A DNA stretch of 64,000 nucleotides from an uncultured bacterium (GTDB taxonomy: Bacteria > Eisenbacteria > RBG-16-71-46 > CAIMUX01 > WJJG01). The position numbers were made by a program, and so were the translations under genes. Under the pieces are notes generated by a model. The model was not told the origin of the DNA. It ran no database searches and was given only the letters and a program-made list of their open reading frames with translations. The DNA is taken from assembly GCA_964482205.1 (NCBI GenBank), contig CAYZWI010000007.1, positions 25,740 through 89,739 of the forward strand, given 5' to 3'. Every line of letters starts with the position of its first letter. Position 1 is the stretch's first letter. Shown piece by piece: positions 7,937 to 16,900 of the stretch.

Positions 7937-9007
7937 TCAGCTCTTTTCCGGCGCCGCCGCGGCCGCGCGGCCGAACGCCTCCCAGAAGGGATCGACGCGC
8001 GGATGCTCCAGCGCGACGCGGCGGCCTCCCTCGCGAATCCAGCAGCCCTTCTCTTCGGCCAGCACTTCTCCCACGATACCTACGGGGATGCCCGCCTCGC
8101 GAATGCGCCGCTCCACTTCCGCCGCTTTGTGCGGGCGCGCAGTCAGCAGCAGCGTCCCTTCGCTGATGGAAACGAAGGGATCGATGCCGAACATCTCGCA
8201 GATCTTCACGACCGGTTCCTGCGCCGGAATGCGCTCCTTCTCGACGATCATCCCCACCCGCGACGCGGAAGCGATTTCGGCGAGCCCTCCCCAGATTCCG
8301 CACTCGGTCGCGTCGTGCATCGCGGTCACGCCCTCGTCGCGCACTCCCACGCCCGCCGCGATGCGCGCCTCTTCCACCACGCTCATCTGCCAGAAGATCT
8401 CCTGGGCCTCGCGCGCGAAAGGTTCGCCGAAGCGTTCGGCGATCCGGCCGGGGAAGGTGGCCGCAAAGAGGCCGGCCGCTTCGATCGCCGGGCCCTTGGT
8501 GACGAGAATCGCATCTCCCGCCCGCGCCATCTCGGGCGTCACGTACGCGTCGCGCGGGCCGATCGCGATCACGGTCGCGCCTCCCACCATCGGATAGTCG
8601 CAGCCTTCGTACCGGCCGGTGTGTCCGGTGACGATCGCGACGCCCAGCCGCTCGCATTCCTCGTGCATCGTCTGCCACATGCGGGCGAATTCCTCGCCGG
8701 CGATGGAGCGCGGCAGATTGAGATCGATCGTCATGTAGGCCAAGGGCAGCCCCGATGTGGCGGCGTCCGAGCAGAGGATGTTGACCGCGAACCACGCCGA
8801 GCGTTCCCAGCCGTACGGGGGAACGATGAAGACCGGATCCGTGGTCACGGCCATTACCTGCCCGCCGCCGATCTCCACGATGCCGATGTCGACGCCGTGA
8901 CGCGGGCCCACGAGCACTTCCGGCCGACGCCGGCCGAGCCGCGGATAGATCACCTGATCGAAGACTTCCGCGGAGATCTTTCCGATTCGGGGAAGCTCAG
9001 CGTGCAT
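7937..9007 (-). CDS. AIR-synthase-related (PurM superfamily, HypE-like) protein of unknown function
   Basis: The PurM-like N-domain (GVDIGIVEIGGGQVMAVTTDPVFIVPPYGW ... AVNILCSDAATSGLPLAYMTIDLNLP) is followed by a C-domain. It lacks the C-terminal Cys of HypE proper. The third codon ATG was chosen as the start (GAGGAA RBS). The ORF as given in the track begins with TTG at 9013. Confidence 0.7.
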   Translation of the reverse strand: MHAELPRIGKISAEVFDQVIYPRLGRRRPEVLVGPRHGVDIGIVEIGGGQVMAVTTDPVFIVPPYGWERSAWFAVNILCSDAATSGLPLAYMTIDLNLPRSIAGEEFARMWQTMHEECERLGVAIVTGHTGRYEGCDYPMVGGATVIAIGPRDAYVTPEMARAGDAILVTKGPAIEAAGLFAATFPGRIAERFGEPFAREAQEIFWQMSVVEEARIAAGVGVRDEGVTAMHDATECGIWGGLAEIASASRVGMIVEKERIPAQEPVVKICEMFGIDPFVSISEGTLLLTARPHKAAEVERRIREAGIPVGIVGEVLAEEKGCWIREGGRRVALEHPRVDPFWEAFGRAAAAAPEKS

Positions 9008-9077
9008 GTGCAATTCCTCATCGCAAGCGATGCCCGTGCCGCCGCCTTGCGGACCAAACGTCCCCCTGCGGCGACCG

Positions 9078-11570
9078 TCACCGCGCGGGCGCTCCTCGCC
9101 CGCCGGGCAGGAGCCAGAGCGTTGCCGCGGTCAGCTTCACGCAAGCCAAGGCGAGCAGCGCGCCGGCAAAACCGAGCAAGGGAATGAAGAGAATACCAGT
9201 CAGCAACGCTCCAAGCAATGCGCCCGCGTGATCGGCCGCGTTGGCGCGCCCGCCCGCGCCGGCCGCGGTCGTGAGCGCGCGTTCGCGCACGCACTGCGCC
9301 ACGGCCGCGAAGGGCAGCGCGGTCAGGGCGCCCGCGAGAAACGCGAGAGCGAGCAGCGCCCCGGCGATTCCCGTTTGCGCGCAGGCGGGCATGAGGCGCA
9401 GGAAGGGAACCCAGGCGACGAGAAAGACGACCCAGGCGACATCGGCGGTGAAGATCACGCGCCGCATGCCGCCGTCGCCGGATGCGCTCGAGGCCGTGCG
9501 GCGCCTGGCGATCCAGCGCTCGCCCAGCAACCCTCCCGCGCCGAGGCCCATCATGTAGAGGGCGATCACGAGGCCGACTTCGAGATACAGCGTGCCTTTC
9601 AGGGTTTGATAGAGGAGAAGAACGATCAGGTCCGCTCCCATGCCCGCCATGCCGGTGGTGGCGAGGCTGACGAGCGGCGCGCCTCCGCCTCGCGACAAGA
9701 TCAAGCTCACGCACGCAAGCAGGAAGAGGACACCGATCGTCCAACGCCAGGGATGACGATGCCAGGCGTCCAAGAGCGCCGTCATGCGGCTCCCCGAGAA
9801 ACGGTCCCAGCGGCGGATCTCCTGGTAGTAGACGAACGGCCGCCCGTCGCGATTCTCCTCGACGCGCGCGGCCTGCCGCTCCATCTCCCCGGCCAGCGCG
9901 GCGACGCGTTCGGGAGGAAACTCGAGGGCGAAGAGCGCAGGCGGCCAGGAACGGATGCCCGGCAGGGCGCGCGCCCAGCGGGCCGCGAGGGTGTCGGGGT
10001 CCCAGGAGAGCGGCGTCGCGGCGGGGCTCGATCCGAGCGGGCGCGCGGCGAAGAAGAGCAGCGTCGTCCCCGGTGTGGCGCGCACATCGCCGAACACGCT
10101 CTTCAGCGCGGCGAAGATGGAGGCGCGCATCGCCGCCGTTTCGGGGCTGGCCACATTCGCCGACCCGGGCAGGCGCACGACGAACGCGCCCTCTTCCTTC
10201 ATCGCGGCCGCGCAGGAGGCGAAGAATTCGCGCGTGTACAACCGGTTGCTCGATCCGCTCTCGGGACCCGAGTGGAGCAGCGCGATGAGATCGAACCGTT
10301 CGGCGGCCGCAGCCGCGGGGCGCGCATCGCCAAGCGAGCAGACGAACGCACGCGGGTCGGCCGTCACGATTTGCGCCGGCGAAGAGGGATGCGCGAGCGG
10401 GGCCCGCTCATCGAGCCGCGGCTGCGCCAGGCGATCGACCATCGGGTCGGCTCGCACCAGCCTGATCGCGGGCGCGCCCCCGCGGGCGAGCTGCGCTTCG
10501 GCGAGCAGGCGCGCCGGCCCGATCATTCCGGGCGCGAAGAGGAGCATGCGTTGCGGCGATGGATGTTGGGTGACGACGAGCGCGGCGGCGAGACTATCGC
10601 TGTAGGGATCGCCCAACGCGCCCGCATAGAGCCCGTCCAGATAGAGAAAGGCCTCCCCTTCGCGCTCCGCGAGCGTGACTTGATGATAGGGAGTGGCTTC
10701 ATCAGCGACGATCGCCGTCCCCGTCTTCATCGCGCTCCAGCGCGCGTGAGACCAACACTGATCGAGACGCGCGGCGACGCCAGAGAGGAAGAGCAACGCG
10801 AGACCGAGAGCGCCGATCCAGGCAAGATGCCACTTCCATGAAGCGCGGACACGCGCGCCCTCGCGAGGAGTCGGTGCGCGCAGGCGAAGGAGGGCCAGCG
10901 GGAGCGCAACGGGAATCGCGCAGGCCGCGAGCAGAGCGACGGGGCTGATGCGGGAGAGCGCGTAGAGCGAAGCGAACGCGCCGCCCGCCATCGATCCGAG
11001 CGCCTCGATCGCATACGCGTTGCCCGGCGCGGGAGCCGGCGAGCGCAAGCCGACGGGAAAGAGAGCGCCGGTCATGAAGCCCGCCGGTCCGGCGGTGACG
11101 GCGAGAAGGAGGAGGTAGGCGGCAGCGGGCAGATACGCGCCCGAGGAAAGCGCGAGAACCAGACGATGATGGCGAAACAATCCGACCGCGATCAGCGCCC
11201 ACCACGCGAGCAGGACCCATCCGAGCCAGAAGATCTCTTCGCCTCGTTCGCGATCGCCCGCGCGCAAGGAGCCTGCGGCCTTCGTCGTCGCGGCGGACAC
11301 TCGTGGCCCGGAAGAAAGCGAGCGTGGCCGCGCCTCGTTCGAGCGATGCGCCGCGACCGCGGCGCCGGCGGCGATGGCTCCCAACCAGACGGCATAGAAG
11401 AGCCCCAGCGACACCTCTCCGCCGTGAAAGGCGAAGAGCGCCTCGCGCGCGAGCACCGTCTGGATGGTCAGCGACAGAAAGCCGAGCAGGAAGAAGCGCA
11501 GGATTCCGAGCGGGCGATGCAGCCTCTCGGCGCTGGGGCTGGGGCCGGCGCGCATCCGCGCGGAAAGCAA
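9078..11570 (-). CDS. membrane-embedded spermidine-synthase-like (polyamine aminopropyltransferase-like) protein with N- and C-terminal polytopic membrane domains
   Basis: The N-terminal multi-TM region (ILRFFLLGFLSLTIQTVLAREALFAFHGG...) is typical of fused membrane SpeE proteins. The central class-I MTase / aminopropyltransferase fold includes QVTLAEREGEAFLYLDG, RMLLFAPGMIGPARLLAEA and FDLIALLHSGPE. A second TM-rich region follows. The start is TTG at 11570 and is uncertain. It lies 12 nt downstream of the methyltransferase gene stop. Confidence 0.65.
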   Translation of the reverse strand: MLSARMRAGPSPSAERLHRPLGILRFFLLGFLSLTIQTVLAREALFAFHGGEVSLGLFYAVWLGAIAAGAAVAAHRSNEARPRSLSSGPRVSAATTKAAGSLRAGDRERGEEIFWLGWVLLAWWALIAVGLFRHHRLVLALSSGAYLPAAAYLLLLAVTAGPAGFMTGALFPVGLRSPAPAPGNAYAIEALGSMAGGAFASLYALSRISPVALLAACAIPVALPLALLRLRAPTPREGARVRASWKWHLAWIGALGLALLFLSGVAARLDQCWSHARWSAMKTGTAIVADEATPYHQVTLAEREGEAFLYLDGLYAGALGDPYSDSLAAALVVTQHPSPQRMLLFAPGMIGPARLLAEAQLARGGAPAIRLVRADPMVDRLAQPRLDERAPLAHPSSPAQIVTADPRAFVCSLGDARPAAAAAERFDLIALLHSGPESGSSNRLYTREFFASCAAAMKEEGAFVVRLPGSANVASPETAAMRASIFAALKSVFGDVRATPGTTLLFFAARPLGSSPAATPLSWDPDTLAARWARALPGIRSWPPALFALEFPPERVAALAGEMERQAARVEENRDGRPFVYYQEIRRWDRFSGSRMTALLDAWHRHPWRWTIGVLFLLACVSLILSRGGGAPLVSLATTGMAGMGADLIVLLLYQTLKGTLYLEVGLVIALYMMGLGAGGLLGERWIARRRTASSASGDGGMRRVIFTADVAWVVFLVAWVPFLRLMPACAQTGIAGALLALAFLAGALTALPFAAVAQCVRERALTTAAGAGGRANAADHAGALLGALLTGILFIPLLGFAGALLALACVKLTAATLWLLPGGRGAPAR

Positions 11571-11582
11571 GACCCGCTCCCG

Positions 11583-12773
11583 CTAGCGCCGGCCGCTTGC
11601 CGGCCGCCGGCGTGAGGGAGCAGGCGTCCGGCCCGCCGATGCCCCGGCCGTGGCCTTTCGCTTCGAGGCCGGCTGGGCGCGTTTCCTGGGAGGCGTGGCC
11701 GCCGCGCGCTTGCGCGGGCCGCTCGCTTTGCGTGCGAACAGTTCGCCGGGCCGGGACGTGGGCAGGCCGACGCCGATGCGCGCAGCCGCGCGGCACAGCT
11801 CTTCCAGGAGCGGCGCCGTCGCGGCGATCCTCTGGCTTCTCCGCATCTCCTCGGCAATGCGTTGCGCGGGCCATCCGCCTCCCGCCACGAAGCGAGCGTC
11901 CACGAATCCGGCCGCGTCCAGGTCCCGCAACCATTCCGCGGCGCGCGAGTGGCGCAGCGAGAAGACGCGCGCCTGCACGATCTCGCGCGATTCGATCGCC
12001 GTCACGGCCGCCGCCAGCCCGCGCTCCAGGCGAGGATCGCGATCGACCGATGCATGCGCGCCGCAACGCTGGGCGGAGCGCGCCAGGCGTTCGCGCCGCT
12101 CGCCGGTGGCCGGGCGCACCTCCAGGAGAAAGCCGCGCTCGCGCGCCCGCTCGCGCTCCACGATCCGGTACGCGATCGCAAAGCCGCCGTCGTCGTTCGC
12201 GCGAATCTCGATCCCCTCGCGCACCGGCTCGCTCTCCTCTTCCACGACTTCGTACGACAATCGCAAGGGCGCTCCCGGACGCAGGACGCGCTGGACTTCG
12301 CGCAGGGCGGCCAGCGGATCGGGAGTCTGCTCGAGCGAAAACGCCGCGACCGCGCCGTCGAAATGCTCGTCCGGAAAGGGCATCGCGCAAGCGCTCGCCT
12401 GCTCGAACGACGCGTTGCGCAGGCGCAGGCGTTCCGCGTTGGCGCGGCAGGCGGCGATTCTGCGAGGGCCCGGCTCGATGCCCACCACTTCCTCGACCTG
12501 CGGCGCCAGCAGCAGCGCGGGCCATCCGTCTCCCGGCCCCACATCGAGAATGCGGCGCGCCCCTGCGAGAGAGAGCAGATAGTCCTGCACCAGTCCGAGG
12601 GCCTGCCAGTGCGCGGGATCCGCGGCATCGGGCATGAGATGAATGCCCGGCCGCGCGGGGGGTGCGCAGATCTCCATGCGCTCGTAGCGAACGGTGGCCG
12701 AATCGGAAACGGCCGGCCGCGCGTGATCCATCAGCCACTCGAGGATTCCACTGGGACTCGTTTCGCGCGCCAT
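11583..12773 (-). CDS. class I SAM-dependent methyltransferase with a basic Pro/Arg/Lys-rich C-terminal tail
   Basis: Motif I is ILDVGPGDGWPALLLA. The post-I and motif II/III region (FDGAVAAFSLEQTPDP ... VLRPGAPLRLSY) is present. It is the first gene of a minus-strand three-gene operon. Confidence 0.65.
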   Translation of the reverse strand: MARETSPSGILEWLMDHARPAVSDSATVRYERMEICAPPARPGIHLMPDAADPAHWQALGLVQDYLLSLAGARRILDVGPGDGWPALLLAPQVEEVVGIEPGPRRIAACRANAERLRLRNASFEQASACAMPFPDEHFDGAVAAFSLEQTPDPLAALREVQRVLRPGAPLRLSYEVVEEESEPVREGIEIRANDDGGFAIAYRIVERERARERGFLLEVRPATGERRERLARSAQRCGAHASVDRDPRLERGLAAAVTAIESREIVQARVFSLRHSRAAEWLRDLDAAGFVDARFVAGGGWPAQRIAEEMRRSQRIAATAPLLEELCRAAARIGVGLPTSRPGELFARKASGPRKRAAATPPRKRAQPASKRKATAGASAGRTPAPSRRRPASGRR

Positions 12774-13080
12774 GCGAATCCTCCTCTTCCAAGCCGCCAG
12801 CCGATCTCTGCGGGCCTGGGCTCAAGGCCGCCTTGATCACGGGTGGCATACCACAGGGCGCGAAGCCTCGCAAGGACGCGCCGGGCACGCACGGCCTGCC
12901 CTGCAAGCGGCGGACGGTGGCAGGGCATCCGCGCCTTCTTGCCGCATGAGGCGAACGCGGCTAAGGTGCCGGTGCGGAATCTCCGTCGCCTTCCAAGATG
13001 AGGCCTGCCGCGCGCGCGAGAGAAGGCGCGCACCTTGGTCGCACGACGACGGGCGCCATGGCTTTCGTGAGACTCCGGAG

Positions 13081-13893
13081 ATGCGAGTGAAGGAGAGGAC
13101 GGACAACGCTGCCTCCCATTGGATGCTTCTTCGCGGCGATGCGCTCTCATGCACGCGCGCGTTTCCCTCCGAGAGTTTCGACCTCCTCTACGCCGACCCT
13201 CCCTTCTTCACCGGCCGCTCGCATCGGGTGCTCGAGGGCGCTTCCTTTCCGGACGGGCGCGCGGGCGGAATGGAGGGCTATCTTGCCTGGCTCGAACCGC
13301 GCATGGTCGAGATGCGCCGCCTGCTCGCTCCCAGCGGAAGCCTCTTCGTCCATCTCGACTGGCACGCCTCGCACGCGGTGAAGCTGCTCCTCGATCGGAT
13401 CTTCGGGCCGCGCAGATTCGTGAATGAAATCGTCTGGGCGTATCGCACGGGTGGAACCAGCGGACGACGGCTCGCGCGCAAGCACGACACGATCTTCTTC
13501 TACTCGCGCAGCGCCGAGTACAAGTTCCATCCACTGCGGGAACGCTCGGATCTGCGCCACAACTACGGCTTCGCCAACGCCGAAGTGCAGCGGGACGAAC
13601 GCGGGCCCTTTCGCATGACGCTCCTGCGCGATGTCTGGGAGATTCCGGCCCTGCGAGGCAACATGCCGGAGCGCGTCGCCTACCCCACCCAAAAACCTCT
13701 CGCCCTGCTCCGGCGCATCGTGCGGCTCGCCAGCGATCCGGGCGACTTGATCGGCGATTTCTTCTGCGGGTCGGGCACGACTGTGGCCGCCGCGTTGCTC
13801 GAAAGACGCAAGGGAGTGGGAGCCGATGTGGAGCCCGGGGCCTTGCGCATCGCCGCCGCCCGCTTGCACGCAATCGAGCCGCGATTGTTGTGA
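13081..13893 (+). CDS. DNA methyltransferase (beta-class N6-adenine / N4-cytosine type), apparently an orphan
   Basis: DLLYADPPFF (motif IV DPPF) precedes the C-terminal motif I DFFCGSGTTVAAA. The ParB-less MTase fold resembles CcrM / M.PvuII-type enzymes. No restriction endonuclease candidate lies on either side. The start at ATG 13081 (MRVKERT) is not certain. The ORF as given in the track begins at 12772. Confidence 0.7.
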   Translation: MRVKERTDNAASHWMLLRGDALSCTRAFPSESFDLLYADPPFFTGRSHRVLEGASFPDGRAGGMEGYLAWLEPRMVEMRRLLAPSGSLFVHLDWHASHAVKLLLDRIFGPRRFVNEIVWAYRTGGTSGRRLARKHDTIFFYSRSAEYKFHPLRERSDLRHNYGFANAEVQRDERGPFRMTLLRDVWEIPALRGNMPERVAYPTQKPLALLRRIVRLASDPGDLIGDFFCGSGTTVAAALLERRKGVGADVEPGALRIAAARLHAIEPRLL

Positions 13894-14111
13894 CGATGAC
13901 CCCGGCCTTGCATCGTTCCTCTTTGCGATCGCCTTGAAGCCTCCGAGACACCTCCCCGCGGCTTCCGTCCGAATGCCTTCTCCCCACCTTCCTGCCGCTC
14001 AAAGAACGAGCGTCCCGGCCCGATAACAGGGAAAGCAGGGTTCTTGGTAGCTGCCTAGAGCCTTCCACCTCTTTGTGAACGGAAGAACGCAACCGGCACG
14101 GAGGCAAACAG

Positions 14112-15209
14112 ATGCGCTTTCGCACGACTAGAGCTTTCTCTCATCGCTTGGCAAAGGATGCCGGAATCGCGCACGAGCGGCGGCACTCCCCATCTGTCCG
14201 GCGAGGGTCGCTTTCGCCAAGGCCGGGCCGTTTTCCTGCGAACCCGCTTCTTCCCGGGTGGCCCTGGCTCCTGATGGCGGGGATCCTGCTCGCGCTCACG
14301 CCCGCGCCCGTCGCGGCGCAAGCCGGGCCGGTCGAAATGGCGCCCCTCGGTTTCCAGCCCCTGCCCGAAGACTACGCCCAGCGGTTTTGCCAACCGGTCG
14401 GCAACCAAGCCGAACGCGATCTGCCGACCTTCCTCGACTGGCGGGAGCGAGGCATCGTCACCCGCGCCAAGAGCCAGCAGACCTGCGGCGCTTGCTGGGC
14501 ATTTGCGGGCATCGCCTGCATTGAATCGATGTGCATCCTCGCGGGAGGCGACGCCCGGCTCGATCTCTCCGAGCAGCAGGCGATCTCCTGCGATGTGCAA
14601 TTCCGGTCCCAGTACGGTGTCCGAAACGATGGCTGCTGCGGTGGAACCGTGACGATCTTCGAGTACTTTCGAGAGAACTACGCGATCCTCGAGAGCGCCT
14701 TCCCCTACGGCAACGGCGACTTCGACGGCGAGAACGCGCGCTCGTGCGATGTGACTCCCTCGTGGGATACGGTGCCGTGTCCCACTTCCCTTCCGGAACC
14801 AACCGGTTGGCGGGTGGAGTCGTGGACCTTGATCGCGCCGCAACCGATCCCGACAGTCGATGCGCTGAAGCGCGCCCTGCAACAGGGACCGGTGTGGCTC
14901 GGCTACCGGGTGTACGAAGACTTCGTGGACTACTGGTACTACGATCGAGATCCAAGCCCCTACCGGCATGTCGATGGAGCGTACCTCGGCGGCCATGCGG
15001 TGCAACTGATCGGCTACGATGACGCGCGCCAATGCTGGATCGCGAAGAACAGCTGGGGAACGACCGGGCCGTTTCGGGACGGGACCTTCCTGGTGGCGTA
15101 CGACGGCAATTGCGACTTCGGCATCAATGCGGCGAGCGTGGTGGTCGCGCCCGCGCAGACGCCCACGAGGACGGCAACGCTGGGAAGCATCCGCTGGCTC
15201 TTCCGCTAG
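14112..15209 (+). CDS. secreted papain-family (C1) cysteine peptidase
   Basis: The catalytic Cys region is QQTCGACWAFAG. The His region is GGHAVQLIGYD. The Asn/Trp region is WIAKNSWGTTG. A hydrophobic signal-like segment (WLLMAGILLALTPAPVAAQA) lies about 50 aa in. GGAGG lies 8 nt upstream of ATG 14112. Confidence 0.8.
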   Translation: MRFRTTRAFSHRLAKDAGIAHERRHSPSVRRGSLSPRPGRFPANPLLPGWPWLLMAGILLALTPAPVAAQAGPVEMAPLGFQPLPEDYAQRFCQPVGNQAERDLPTFLDWRERGIVTRAKSQQTCGACWAFAGIACIESMCILAGGDARLDLSEQQAISCDVQFRSQYGVRNDGCCGGTVTIFEYFRENYAILESAFPYGNGDFDGENARSCDVTPSWDTVPCPTSLPEPTGWRVESWTLIAPQPIPTVDALKRALQQGPVWLGYRVYEDFVDYWYYDRDPSPYRHVDGAYLGGHAVQLIGYDDARQCWIAKNSWGTTGPFRDGTFLVAYDGNCDFGINAASVVVAPAQTPTRTATLGSIRWLFR

Positions 15210-15225
15210 CCTGTCAGGGCGCTGA

Positions 15226-16170
15226 TCAGAACTTGATGTTCTGGTGGGGGATCAGGTACAGCCCCGCCGTCACCACCGTCAGCGCGATCACGGCGATCGC
15301 CCAGGCGCGATCGGTCGGCCGCCCGAGCGCGACGCGCTTGCCGAAGATCTCGCGTCCTCTGATCCAGATCATCGCCAACCAAAGGACGAGCAGCAGTCCG
15401 GTCTTGGTGTCGGTGACATCCCGGCCGAACGGCCATCCTTCCCAATAGGTGCCGTACACCTGGTACTCGACGGGCATGCCGAGCAAGAGCCCGCCGATGG
15501 CAAGGCAGGCGAAGCCTCCCAGCACCGCGCGGCGCATCCATGCCAGCGCCTGCGAACGCGCGAGGTAGCGCCACGCGGCGATCAACGCAATGCCGAGCGA
15601 CACAATCCCGAGCATCATGAAGATCACATGCGTGACCAGCAGCGGCGTGGAAGGCCGGCCCTTGAACATGACGGCGGGCGATGCGCCCGCGCGATCGGAG
15701 GATCCCTCGGAGGCCGGCGCGGCCGACGGCCCCTCGTTCGAGGAAGCCGGCAACGAATAGCTGCTTCCGTCACGCAAGTCCAGGCGGACACGATAGGGAA
15801 CCCGCGTCCCGCGCGACTGATGAGGAATGCGCGCGATCCAGACATCCCCGCGACCGCTTGCCAGGGTGTCGCTGCGGACCTCGGGGCGCGGAGCGAAAGC
15901 CGTCTCGACCCAGCGATCTTCCAGCGAATAGAGGAGGACCAGCCGGGCCATGGAGAACTTGCCGGGCACGCGCGCCTGGATGTTCGCTTCCCCTTCTCCC
16001 AAATGCTCGCCGGGGGTCCGCACATGGATCGTGCCGGCGGGCGTGGAAAGCGCGACTTCGGGAATGACTCTTTCGCGCGCCGGCGAAGAGGAAGGTGCCG
16101 CGAGAAGAGCGAAGAGCACCATGGAGGCGCAGAAGACGAGTCGAGCGCGGGTCGCGATCTTTCGATGCAT
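15226..16170 (-). CDS. hypothetical membrane protein (signal peptide, about 170-aa extracytoplasmic domain, C-terminal 4-TM bundle)
   Basis: The start was chosen at MHRKIATRARLVFCASMVLFALLAAPSSSPA (ORF position 83) with a GGAAGGAAGGA RBS. The C-terminal hydrophobic helices include LLVTHVIFMMLGIVSLGIALIAAW. It is convergent with the peptidase gene. Confidence 0.5.
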   Translation of the reverse strand: MHRKIATRARLVFCASMVLFALLAAPSSSPARERVIPEVALSTPAGTIHVRTPGEHLGEGEANIQARVPGKFSMARLVLLYSLEDRWVETAFAPRPEVRSDTLASGRGDVWIARIPHQSRGTRVPYRVRLDLRDGSSYSLPASSNEGPSAAPASEGSSDRAGASPAVMFKGRPSTPLLVTHVIFMMLGIVSLGIALIAAWRYLARSQALAWMRRAVLGGFACLAIGGLLLGMPVEYQVYGTYWEGWPFGRDVTDTKTGLLLVLWLAMIWIRGREIFGKRVALGRPTDRAWAIAVIALTVVTAGLYLIPHQNIKF

Positions 16171-16505
16171 CGATCCTTCCTTCCTTCGTCTCCGACGCTG
16201 GCGAGCAGGCTTTTCGGCGACTTCGACCTTCTCTGCGATCCGTTGCTGCAGCGAGCAGTCTCTTCCAGTGCGGGGGCTTGACACAATGGGTCCGATGCGC
16301 AAGAAGGACCGCTTCGAGATGAGCCCCCTTCCGAAGCGGACGGCAGCTTGGCCGGCTACGACGCGAACCGTCCTTGTCACACCACCGCCACTGAGATTTG
16401 CCCGCTTCAGAGCCACGAAGCGCCGAAAAGAGAGCCCGGGACTGTAGCAAGGGCGCGGCTCTCAAACAAGGGGGCGGACGCTACGATGGCATACCGTCAC
16501 GATCC

Positions 16506-16577
16506 AGGAAGGGAACGAGAAGGAAAGGAAGAGAAGAAGGGAAGAGAAGAAGGGAAAGGAAAGCAAGCGAGCGCGTT
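16506..16577. repeat. approximately 70-nt polypurine (GAA/GGA-rich) tract; polypyrimidine on the minus strand
   Basis: Direct reading: aggaagggaacgagaaggaaaggaagagaagaagggaagagaagaagggaaaggaaagcaagcgagcg. It is almost exclusively A/G in a window of about 70% GC. It lies in an intergenic position between two minus-strand genes. Confidence 0.8.
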
Positions 16578-16617
16578 GAAGATTCGGCGTCCGGTGGCGG
16601 CCGCCTCACCGCTTTGG

Positions 16618-16851
16618 TCATGCGGGCCGGTTTTCGTCGTCGATTCCCCGGGCGGCGAACATGCGCCCGCGGCGGACGCCTCCGGCCTCATCCCCGACGG
16701 GCCGGTAACACCAGAAGAAGAGCGCGTCTTTCGATTGCTGGGCACGGTCGCTGGCCGCGCCGGCGCGGAAACGCCCGGCCGATCGGATCCACCAGCGCGC
16801 GAACCAGGCCAACGGAAGACCGACTAGAACGACGACCACCCATTCCCACAT
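16618..16851 (-). CDS. small hypothetical membrane protein (77 aa) immediately downstream of the KaiC-like signaling gene
   Basis: An in-frame ATG (MWEWVVVVLVGLPLAWFARWWIRSAGR...) has GAGGAG 5 nt upstream. It contains one predicted TM helix. It may be a GC artefact. Confidence 0.35.
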   Translation of the reverse strand: MWEWVVVVLVGLPLAWFARWWIRSAGRFRAGAASDRAQQSKDALFFWCYRPVGDEAGGVRRGRMFAARGIDDENRPA

Positions 16852-16900
16852 ACGATCTCCTCGATCTTCGACTCGACGCACCACCGGTTGCGCCGCCCCG

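Noticed and set aside
9006-10841. 611-aa plus-strand ORF inside the SpeE-like gene region
   Set aside because: It is a highly charged, low-complexity translation (runs of R/E/G), and the minus-strand gene has coherent TM and enzyme domains.
10702-12906. 734-aa minus-strand ORF overlapping both the SpeE-like and the methyltransferase genes in other frames
   Set aside because: It is an Arg-rich artefact. It is incompatible with the two motif-bearing ORFs (11583..12773 and 9078..11570), which abut cleanly.
16348-16827. 159-aa plus-strand ORF containing the translated polypurine tract (REREGKEEKKGREEGKGK)
   Set aside because: The Lys/Glu-rich run is simply the GA-repeat read in frame. It has no RBS and overlaps the better-supported small minus-strand ORF.
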